A stretch of DNA of 18,256 nucleotides from Coleofasciculus chthonoplastes F2-STO-03 (GCA_040222015.1 JAVJWO010000032.1:1-18256), one strand, 5' to 3'; shown: positions 10,112 to 17,305, numbered from the stretch's first letter. Translations and numbers: made by a program. The notes: a model not told the origin generated them from the letters alone.

Positions 10112-10298
10112 CTCTGGCTCCTGTTGTGTTGTATCTACTATTTTGCCTTCTGAGAACGTCAGGGGTGCGATCGCCAAGCATTGGGTTGAATTGTTCCTCA
10201 AATATGTTGATTGGGGCGGTTTGCGTGATTCTGCTTTGAGTACCTGGTTCGCCTTTGATGAAGTCACTGATGACACAAGTATCAAGGAGGTATTGCAT
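10098..10298 (-). pseudogene. Truncated second VapC/PIN toxin
   Basis: MQYLLDTCVISDFIKGEPG is a PIN N-terminus; PIN-like character is lost after about 32 codons and later catalytic motifs are absent. Confidence 0.8.
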
Positions 10299-10540
10299 TA
10301 GAAAATTTCCGGTTCGCGAGGGGGAAGCAGTTCATCCCGATAGGACTCGAAAGCGGGGAAATCAGGGACTCCTTGATAAGACAAAATCGCCTCTGGCCAT
10401 TGGGACACTGAAATGGGTGGCGTTTGCAGGGTGCGGCGTAACACTTGCACAATTAAAGTAGGCAGGGGAATATTAGATTGTGTGGCTTGATGGATGAGGT
10501 CTTGTTCGAGGTCTGGCGGTAGGTCGATGGTAATTTGCAT
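10298..10540 (-). CDS. Probable antitoxin (RHH-like N-terminus)
   Basis: MQITIDLPPDLEQDLIHQA...PTLIVQVL; stop overlaps the ATG of the truncated PIN gene; GAGGA upstream. Confidence 0.75.
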   Translation of the reverse strand: MQITIDLPPDLEQDLIHQATQSNIPLPTLIVQVLRRTLQTPPISVSQWPEAILSYQGVPDFPAFESYRDELLPPREPEIF

Positions 10541-10628
10541 CGGTGATTTTCCTCAATTTATCCCGCTTCGAGATTTTATCACCCTCCATGATAAACTCAA
10601 CGAGAATTGAATGTCTGCGGTGAGGATG

Positions 10629-10711
10629 AGCTTGCCAAACAAGGACTGTAGCTTTTAATCGCCTTAAAACTCTCTTGAAATCCGGGTAAAAATGGTTAAA
10701 GCTATTGCTGT
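10629..10711 (-). mobile_element. Internal fragment of the MITE family seen at 14544-14728
   Basis: Reverse complement aligns to 14598-14679 at about 62/83 by hand (ACAGCAATAGCTT...TTTCAAGA...CTACAGTCCTTGT.TGG.AAGCT). Confidence 0.75.
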
Positions 10712-10715
10712 TTAA

Positions 10716-10785
10716 TGAATGAGTTCCGAAATCACGTTGGTGTCGAGAATGATTTTCATGGTTCGCCAAACAGGGTTTCGTCAAC
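10716..10785. repeat. 70-bp direct repeat, copy 2 (orphan antitoxin end plus vapC start)
   Basis: 69/70 identical to 9811-9880; encodes MKIILDTNVISELI on the minus strand. Confidence 0.95.
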
Positions 10786-10801
10786 CCAGAAACTCTCTTT
10801 C

Positions 10802-11038
10802 TCAACTTTCAGTTATCAAGATGGTCAGGGCGCGTTTTATGGCTTCCTCTTCTGTGGTACAAATTCCACTGGCTAGGATGCGATCGAGCAAATTACGGAT
10901 ATCTGGACGGGATAAAATCTGATAGGCTTTGCGTTCAGCATGGCGTTGTTCTAAAGCGGTTGTTAGCGTCATCACATCTTGATGAATATCGTCAGCCGAT
11001 AGTAATTCTGTATTGGGTTCGGGAACTTGTTTAGTCAT
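10802..11038 (-). CDS. Small hypothetical protein, possibly ParD/CopG-like antitoxin
   Basis: 78 aa ATG-started ORF; IRNLLDRILASGICTTEEEAIKRALTIL resembles the helix-SG-helix pattern of RHH antitoxins. Confidence 0.55.
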   Translation of the reverse strand: MTKQVPEPNTELLSADDIHQDVMTLTTALEQRHAERKAYQILSRPDIRNLLDRILASGICTTEEEAIKRALTILITES

Positions 11039-11107
11039 GGTTTACCTTCCGTAAGTTTCTGCAAGGGTTTCAATTAATCGATCGCTGTAATAAGTGCCTT
11101 GTTGCTG

Positions 11108-11173
11108 GGCTAACGCTTTCCCCGTCGCCAAGTGCCACAGTTCCAGCGTCTGATCATCAGAAGCGGAAGCAGC
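11108..11173 (-). pseudogene. Isolated WD40-repeat coding fragment
   Basis: Manual translation AASASDDQTLELWHLATGKALA, preceded by an in-frame TAG and with no start codon. Confidence 0.7.
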
Positions 11174-11303
11174 CTATAATGAATTTAATCGTAATATTGA
11201 GCAGGACATTCTATGACAGCAAAACGGCTAGAAATCGAGGGAACTTGGGAAGAGATTGTCAGCCATTCCGATGCTTTAGCTGGAGTTTATCTGTTCTCTA
11301 CTT

Positions 11304-12653
11304 CTAAAATTGATTGTTCACATATTCTTTAATTGCTGGTGGGAGGCTGAAGTGCGATCGCCCCTTGTCCTTTACTTTTTCAATTAAACTCCGTTTTAAT
11401 AAGGATTGAACGGCTTTTAATAAGTCATAATCGGAGACAGGTAAATCTGTCGGATGTGCGGGAAGTTCCACAGCTTTTTCTTGGCTGGCTAACCAATAAA
11501 GCGCTTGTTTTTCTATCTGCGATAAGCGTTTATAATGTTCCTGCAATATTATTTCTAAATCTCCCAAGAACGGACTCTGACAAGATAAAAAGTCAGCCAC
11601 GCTGCCGTCAAATAGTTCTTGAATCGTATTAGCTGCTATCTTTAGCCATAAAGGATTGCCGCTATAAAGTTGGATTAATTCTGACCATCTATCTGGATCA
11701 GTTAATTCCATTTCGGTTAATATTTCTTGAGCCGATTCGCCTAAACCATCAACTTGTAAGGTGCGACAAAAATTTTTTCTACCTTCTAATGTGGCAACTT
11801 CTATGGGTTTTTCCCAACTCATAATCAGCAGGCAACTGTTGTGATGCGTGGTGGCTATTTGTTTAATAAATTTGCTATAATCTTGGTAGTCTGTTCGGTA
11901 AGTACCGGCTAATTTACCACTGGTAAATTGTTCTTGAAAGTCATCGAGGATAATCAGGCAACGATGCGATCGCAAACAGTCGATTAAAGATGGGGATTTT
12001 GTTTCCGTTTGTGGTGAGAGAAATTGGATTAAATTAGTTTTGAGCGATTTTAAGGTGGGGGCATTGGTACAGTTGCGCCATAAAAGGCGATCGAAGTTAT
12101 CTTTAATTTGTGTCACCAGTTCGACTGCCAAAGCAGTTTTGCCAATACCCGATAAACCGATAACGGTGACAATGGGGATTTTATCTTCGAGTATCCATTG
12201 TTTAAGGGTGTTGAGTTCTTGAGTACGGTTGTAGAGGCGATCGCTTTTTGGAACTTCCGTTAAATCGTGGCGTTTTTCTGGTTGAACCTTATCATAATTG
12301 GTAGTGGAGCGTTTTTTTACGGTTTTTGGATAGGGTAAATTTTCATTACAAACATTGATGTCGCCATTACCAATATGCAGATTTGCAATGTGCGAATATC
12401 TCCCATTTTCTACAATAGACCTAAGATTAGATTTTCTAACATCTTCCTCGAAAACATCTGAGAGAAGTTGCCATAATTTCCAAGCTTCTTTTCTGATATG
12501 ATGTTTGCTGCAATGTTTATTATCTCCTATTTGTTCGTAAGTTTCCCGTTGCCAAACCCCCTCTAAAATAGCCTTTTGCAGAGAATCCAGATGTTTTCCG
12601 GTTTTCGCGAACACGCGATCGTCAGTCCACTTTAAAGCTTCTTCAATATCCAT
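11304..12653 (-). CDS. STAND/NB-ARC ATPase with N-terminal HTH-like domain and no C-terminal sensor repeats
   Basis: Walker A GLSGIGKT, Walker B LIILDD, GNPLWL (GxP), terminal winged helix AVQSLLKRSLIE; N-terminal LDSLQKAILEGVWQRETYEQIG...HIRKEAWKLW. Confidence 0.88.
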   Translation of the reverse strand: MDIEEALKWTDDRVFAKTGKHLDSLQKAILEGVWQRETYEQIGDNKHCSKHHIRKEAWKLWQLLSDVFEEDVRKSNLRSIVENGRYSHIANLHIGNGDINVCNENLPYPKTVKKRSTTNYDKVQPEKRHDLTEVPKSDRLYNRTQELNTLKQWILEDKIPIVTVIGLSGIGKTALAVELVTQIKDNFDRLLWRNCTNAPTLKSLKTNLIQFLSPQTETKSPSLIDCLRSHRCLIILDDFQEQFTSGKLAGTYRTDYQDYSKFIKQIATTHHNSCLLIMSWEKPIEVATLEGRKNFCRTLQVDGLGESAQEILTEMELTDPDRWSELIQLYSGNPLWLKIAANTIQELFDGSVADFLSCQSPFLGDLEIILQEHYKRLSQIEKQALYWLASQEKAVELPAHPTDLPVSDYDLLKAVQSLLKRSLIEKVKDKGRSHFSLPPAIKEYVNNQF

Positions 12654-12680
12654 AGATTTGACATGGAGTTTAAGCAGGGC

Positions 12681-12813
12681 TTGTATCCTATCTTATCATA
12701 CCTTTTCCTATTTGGGGGATAAAATCATATTTTTTTCTATGCGACATGGTTTTAAAATATCCTACAAAATCCTATTTTTCGGGGTTGTCAGACAGAAATT
12801 TAGGTAGCAAAAT
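12681..12813 (+). promoter_or_regulatory. 10-bp-phased direct repeats and candidate promoter of the RiPP operon
   Basis: WTCMTA-like hexamers at 12685/12695/12705, 12724/12734 and 12759/12769; TTGTCA (12785-12790)-N17-CAAAAT (12808-12813). Confidence 0.45.
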
Positions 12814-12858
12814 ATTGTTTAGGCAGCAAATTTAATTTTGGATCAAAAGAAAATACCA

Positions 12859-13131
12859 ATGGTCAAGACATTAGGGTTTCAAGAAAAGGTTTCGGACAAG
12901 TTACCTTTTGCAATGCTTTTTGCGGTAGAACCTGCTTTTACCAGCATTCCTCAAGAGTTACTAGAACAGAAACTTTGCTATAATGCCGTACTCCAGATTA
13001 ATGAGGAATCCCAATTAAATCTGATTGTCGGTGGACAAACAAGTACAAGCATGAGGCAATCAACTACTACTGGCATTATTTGGTGGGACTCAAAAGATGA
13101 TGATGACAACATGAATGATGAAAGCCAGTAA
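12859..13131 (+). CDS. Graspetide (ATP-grasp RiPP) precursor peptide, 90 aa
   Basis: Directly upstream of the ATP-grasp gene; leader LPFAMLFA, YNAVLQIN, QLNLIVGG; core QTSTSMRQSTTTGIIWWDSKDDDDNMNDESQ with T/S donors followed by D/E acceptors. Confidence 0.85.
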   Translation: MVKTLGFQEKVSDKLPFAMLFAVEPAFTSIPQELLEQKLCYNAVLQINEESQLNLIVGGQTSTSMRQSTTTGIIWWDSKDDDDNMNDESQ

Positions 13132-13154
13132 ATTGATAATTATATAACCAACAC

Positions 13155-13188
13155 AGATAGGTGGCTATCAATTTATAACCGCCTATCT
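13155..13188 (+). terminator. Stem-loop downstream of precursor (mRNA stabiliser or leaky terminator)
   Basis: AGATAGGTGGCTAT-N6-ATAACCGCCTATCT, 12/14 Watson-Crick plus one G-U pair; no strong U-tract. Confidence 0.65.
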
Positions 13189-13248
13189 AGTTAAACCTGC
13201 CTTCAATCGAATTTTTTAATCAGTTTATTTAGTTCGAGCAATTGTACC

Positions 13249-13332
13249 ATGGTGTAAATATTAGGAACTCAAGAAAGTAGTTTGATAATATGGCATGGAG
13301 ACAAAGACTACGATAGTATAGATGATGAATGA
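13249..13332 (+). pseudogene. Degenerate second precursor core
   Basis: MV*ILGTQESSLIIWHGDKDYDSIDDE* aligns with STTTGIIWWDSKDDDDNMNDE of the precursor. Confidence 0.6.
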
Positions 13333-13391
13333 AAATTACTGATAAAGTCCTCAATATAAAATTTATTAAAGAATAGTTAATCCTCAATAAT

Positions 13392-14381
13392 ATGATTAAG
13401 CCAATTTTAGTAATTACGGATAAATGCGATGTTCACGCAGATTTTGTCACCATTGAACTCAGAAAAATAGGTGGCGATATTGTCCGCATGAATACTCAAG
13501 ACATGGGTTTTAATTCAGACTTTACTTTGGGAAAATTAGACTTAGCAGAACCTTGGCAACTTCAATTTCACTTTAAAGACTCTGACAAAACAGTAACATC
13601 AGATAGTTTTGATACTATTTGGTATCGAAAACCAGAACCAGTTGAGCCAGACCAAAGCATTACCGAAGAACACGCACAGGTCTTTGTTAAAGAAGAGTAT
13701 AGCTACTTTTTACGCTCATTTTATAACCTGTACTCCCACAAAACATGGGTTAATCCGTTTTGGAACTTAAAACACGCCAGCCAAAAACTGCCAAACTTAG
13801 AACTAGCAGTAAAGTTAGGCTTAAAAGTTCCTAAAACCTTAATTACTAACAATCCGGAAGTCGCTAGAGAATTTGGCGAGCATTGTCACTGGAATTTACT
13901 GGTGAAAACATTTCATTTTTCCGGTTTTGTGGTGAATCAAACTGAGGCATGGCACTGCTTTGCTAAACGCATCGATAAAGAGCAGTTTATTCAATTTGCA
14001 GAAACCATAAATTTTGCCCCCACGTTTTTACAGCAATACATTGATAAATCCATAGAGTTAAGGGTGACAATTATCGGAGAAGAAGTTTTTACCGCTGCGA
14101 TTCATTCTCAGGAAATTGAAAAAACTAAGTCGGACTGGCGTGCAATAGATAGTTACCAGATTAAACACACTGTTTACGATTTACCAGTTGATATCGCGCA
14201 GAAACTTTTAGCTTTTAACCGTCATTATTCTTTGGTCTTCTCAACTTTCGATCTAATTCTCACTCCTGAAGGGGAATACTACTTCTTAGAATGCAACCCT
14301 AACGGTCAATGGTATTGGATTGAGGAATTGACACAAATACCGATGGCTAAAACAATGGCTAAATTGTTAATGAGTATTTGA
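13392..14381 (+). CDS. ATP-grasp peptide maturase, MvdC/MvdD (graspetide synthetase) family
   Basis: ILVIT..DVHADFV, IWYRKP, WVNP..ASQKLPNL..A..LGLKVPKTLITN, QQYIDKSIELRVTIIG, DWR, DLILTPEGEYYFLECNPNGQWYWIE. Confidence 0.93.
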   Translation: MIKPILVITDKCDVHADFVTIELRKIGGDIVRMNTQDMGFNSDFTLGKLDLAEPWQLQFHFKDSDKTVTSDSFDTIWYRKPEPVEPDQSITEEHAQVFVKEEYSYFLRSFYNLYSHKTWVNPFWNLKHASQKLPNLELAVKLGLKVPKTLITNNPEVAREFGEHCHWNLLVKTFHFSGFVVNQTEAWHCFAKRIDKEQFIQFAETINFAPTFLQQYIDKSIELRVTIIGEEVFTAAIHSQEIEKTKSDWRAIDSYQIKHTVYDLPVDIAQKLLAFNRHYSLVFSTFDLILTPEGEYYFLECNPNGQWYWIEELTQIPMAKTMAKLLMSI

Positions 14382-14543
14382 TTTTTATAGATATTATAAG
14401 AGGGTTATTATTTAGCATTTTTAGCAGGGATTAATCCTATAATTTAGCAACAAAAAATCAGGTAATTATAAACTGGAAAACTCTGCAACTCATCCAGAAG
14501 TTCATCACGCCGCCGCCCCATATTTGGAAAAGTTACTGAATTC

Positions 14544-14728
14544 GGTTCTTCCGTATTTAGTGTGCTAAATTGTTAGTTTGATTTGCCAGAATATTGGACA
14601 GCAATAGCTTAATTATTTTCATCCTAATTTCAAGAAATGCTTGAGGTAGTTTTTAACTACAGTCCTTGTCTGGTAAGCTTCCTAGTTCATTGGAACTGAT
14701 AGTTTAGCACACTAAGTCCGGAAGATCC
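14544..14728. mobile_element. 185-bp MITE-like element with 35-bp TIRs (ISL3-like termini)
   Basis: 14544-14578 vs 14694-14728 match 29/35 inverted; ends read GG(T/A)TCTTCCG; no target duplication visible. Confidence 0.7.
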
Positions 14729-14759
14729 CGTTTTTAGCTCAAATAGCATAATTGTCGCG

Positions 14760-15068
14760 ATGAAGAACCTTTCCCAAGAACAGCTTCGCAATTTTGAGTT
14801 AGCCCATAAAGCCGAGATAGAGACAATCACCCAGGTTTTGACGCGGATAACCACAAAAAGTCCAGAGGTGATTAAACCCTACTTGGATGCAATACTTAAG
14901 CGCTTAGTCCAACTCCAACAGGTGCAGCTTCCTTTATATGAAACAGCCAGTCCAGAAGAATTGGCATAAGCCTTTTATTTGTGGGCTGCAAGTCATGAGT
15001 ACCATTCACCCCTGTTATCAGATTATGCTGTGAGCCGGGAAAGTATGTACTCAGACAAGGAATCATAG
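14760..15068 (+). pseudogene. Antitoxin-like small protein with internal nonsense codon
   Basis: Frame continues after TAA at 14967-14969 as AFYLWAASHEYHSPLLSDYAVSRESMYSDKES*; PLLSDYAVSRESxY is recalled as the C-terminal motif of cyanobacterial proteins that precede PIN genes. Confidence 0.7.
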
Positions 15069-15187
15069 CATCCTAAACGAAATTAAGTTGAGACGGAACA
15101 AATTATAGAATAAAAGGATATGAGTAAAAAAGCTACTCCTCATTTAGATGCAAAATAGAGATAAGCGCTGAATTGCCAACTACCCCC

Positions 15188-16330
15188 ATGAGTTACTGTC
15201 TCAATCCTAACTGTACCAACCCCCAAAATCCCGCCGGAACCAAATTTTGCCTCACCTGCGGGTCAAAAGTACGCCTCAAGGAACGGTATCGCACGGTTCA
15301 ACCCTTGGGACAAGGGGGTTTTGGGCGAACATTTTTAGCCGTGGATGAGGATAAACCGTCTCATCCCCCTTGTGTGATTAAGCAGTTTTTCCCCCAAGCC
15401 CAGGGAACCAGTACGGTACAAAAAGCGGCGCAGTTATTTACCCAAGAAGCAGTACGGTTAGATGAGTTGGGTAAACATCCCCAGATTCCAGAACTGTTGG
15501 CATATTTTTGCCAAGATAGCCATCAATATTTGGTGCAAGAGTTTATTGAGGGCGAAGATTTAGCCCAGGAGTTGGCAAGGAAAGGCGCATTTACAGAAGC
15601 CCAAGTTCGCGATGTGTTGAATAATTTGTTGCCTGTTTTACAATTCGTTCATCAACATCATGTTATTCACCGCGATATTAAACCGGAAAATATTATTCGT
15701 CGAAATCGCGATAAGCAACTATTTCTGGTTGATTTTGGCGCATCAAAAGTGGCGACAGGTACAGCGTTAGCCAGAACCGGGACAGTGATTGGTTCGGTGG
15801 GGTATGTTGCACCGGAACAAAGTATCGGGAAAGCCGTGTTTGCGAGTGATATCTATAGTCTCGGTGTGACCTGTATCCATCTGCTAACGGGAATCCATCC
15901 CTTCGACTTGTTTGATGTGAATCAGGGGGTTTGGATATGGCGACAAGGGTTGAAAAATCCAGTCAGCGATCGCGTGGCTAAAATTTTAGATAAGATGTTA
16001 GTCAATGCGACGAATCAGCGCTATCAATCTGTGGCGGAGATCCTCCAGGATTTACAGTCTCAAACCCCTGTAGCTAAGGTTAAACCGGCAAAACCTGCAC
16101 CTCCTCCGGCTTCAGCGCCAATTAAGTCACAACCCAATCAACCTCACTATGGGAAAGGTTTAGATAAAGAATTAGCGGATTTAAAGTCTGAATTTTTGCA
16201 GCAACCAACATCTAAAAATACGCCGCAAAAATCGACACCGCCTACTAAAGGTTCTGCCAATACTCAAAAAACCAAAAGTCAAATTGAGCGGGAATTGGAG
16301 GATATAAAGTCTCAGTTTTTGGGTGAATAG
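15188..16330 (+). CDS. Hanks-type Ser/Thr protein kinase with N-terminal 4-Cys motif
   Basis: MSYCLNPNC...FCLTCG; GQGGFG, VIK, HRDIKPEN, DFG, APE, SDIYSLG; Pro-rich tail. Confidence 0.95.
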   Translation: MSYCLNPNCTNPQNPAGTKFCLTCGSKVRLKERYRTVQPLGQGGFGRTFLAVDEDKPSHPPCVIKQFFPQAQGTSTVQKAAQLFTQEAVRLDELGKHPQIPELLAYFCQDSHQYLVQEFIEGEDLAQELARKGAFTEAQVRDVLNNLLPVLQFVHQHHVIHRDIKPENIIRRNRDKQLFLVDFGASKVATGTALARTGTVIGSVGYVAPEQSIGKAVFASDIYSLGVTCIHLLTGIHPFDLFDVNQGVWIWRQGLKNPVSDRVAKILDKMLVNATNQRYQSVAEILQDLQSQTPVAKVKPAKPAPPPASAPIKSQPNQPHYGKGLDKELADLKSEFLQQPTSKNTPQKSTPPTKGSANTQKTKSQIERELEDIKSQFLGE

Positions 16331-16483
16331 ATTGTTCTGGTGTGGCAAAGCTTACGCCCCGTGCGCCCGATTCAATGGTCAAATCTATTGCCCTATTTTT
16401 GTGGTGTCGCGCCACCAGCTTGGGAAAACGCAAGGAAATTTAACAGAATCAAGGGCTCGCATCCCTTACTACAAAACTGAATC

Positions 16484-16576
16484 AGGGCGGGCGCAAGTTG
16501 TTCCGTTATCGGTGAATATCTGAATTTAGTCCCTAAACCCGCCCCGACAATTGTGGCTAAACCCGCCCCGACAATT
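16484..16576. repeat. REP-like repeat: 20-bp direct repeat CTAAACCCGCCCCGACAATT x2 with upstream complementary GGGCGGG
   Basis: Identical copies at 16533-16552 and 16557-16576; AGGGCGGG at 16484; lies between convergent genes. Confidence 0.75.
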
Positions 16577-16580
16577 TAGT

Positions 16581-16883
16581 TTAGGCGTTGACTTTATCCA
16601 ACAGATTAGACGTGATAAACTCCCATTCTTGATTCAATTCACCGTTAAATTGTGACTGTCCACTGCGTCTGTACCAATAACGGGCGTTGCTTAAGTCACC
16701 TTCTTCGCGGTGAAGATAAGCATGAACCCATGCACTATCACTATCGCTGGCATTCTGCACGATGTCATGCGCCCTGTGCCAATCCCCTCTTTTGTCATAC
16801 CACAACGCTTGCAATGCTTTGGGTAATTCAGAAGGACATTTTTCCTGTTTCGCCGTTAATTGGGTAAATTCATCCAATACCAT
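16581..16883 (-). CDS. Conserved hypothetical protein (100 aa)
   Basis: ALWYDKRGDWHRAHDIVQ...AWVHAYLHREEGDLSNARYWY pattern of a widespread small helical family; function unknown. Confidence 0.85.
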   Translation of the reverse strand: MVLDEFTQLTAKQEKCPSELPKALQALWYDKRGDWHRAHDIVQNASDSDSAWVHAYLHREEGDLSNARYWYRRSGQSQFNGELNQEWEFITSNLLDKVNA

Positions 16884-17148
16884 AGTTCTAATAGGCTATA
16901 CAGTTAGGTTACTTAGGTTGAGGTTCAAAACCCCACATTGATGCTCATCGCTCAATCTATTATAAAATCTGTTGCCGTATAATACAAATCACGGCTTGAG
17001 TAACCTTCTAATCATTATCAGGAATAATCAAGGGAATAAACCAATAGCGATACCGAAAATAATACTCCATAAAATTGACCAGATAAATGGATGTATGGGT
17101 AACGAAAAATCGGGACGCCATTGGATGATAATGTTTTGGGTGAGGGGA

Positions 17149-17266
17149 TAAGCTGTTCGGCATTTAAATTGGGATACCTAAAACCCTGAAAGGCAACAGG
17201 CAACAGGCAAAAGGCAAAAGGCAAAAGGCAACGCCTGAATACACAATTTAAATGCGTTTTAGCTTA
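17149..17266. mobile_element. MITE-like element with TA-flanked inverted repeats (IS630-like) containing (AGGCAAM)x6
   Basis: ATAAGCTGTTCGGCATTTAAATTG (17148-17171) and CAATTTAAATGCGTTTTAGCTTAT (17244-17267), 19/24; heptamers at 17191-17232. Confidence 0.75.
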
Positions 17267-17277
17267 TGAACGAACAG

Positions 17278-17305
17278 AAAAAAGACCCACTGGAGGTCGT
17301 GGGTC
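17278..17305 (-). terminator. Rho-independent terminator, minus strand
   Basis: GACCCAC-GACCTCCA-GTGGGTC followed by T6 on the minus strand. Confidence 0.7.

Noticed and set aside
10112..10285. 58-residue N-terminal extension of the 9851-10285 ORF
   Set aside because: It overlaps the truncated PIN gene in another frame; ATG 10111 has a good AGGAG RBS.
10473..10922. ORFs 10473-10805 (faintly RelE/YafQ-like stretch) and 10719-10922
   Set aside because: The sequence is explained by the 70-bp duplication plus the MITE fragment read in other frames.
12859..14381. Microviridin (mvd/mdn) cluster
   Set aside because: No TxKYPSD core, only one ligase, and no acetyltransferase or ABC transporter; gene symbols withheld.
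14557..14715. CIRCE/HrcA operator (TTAGCAC-like arms)
   Set aside because: The arms are in reverse order and about 135 bp apart instead of 9; they are part of the TIRs.
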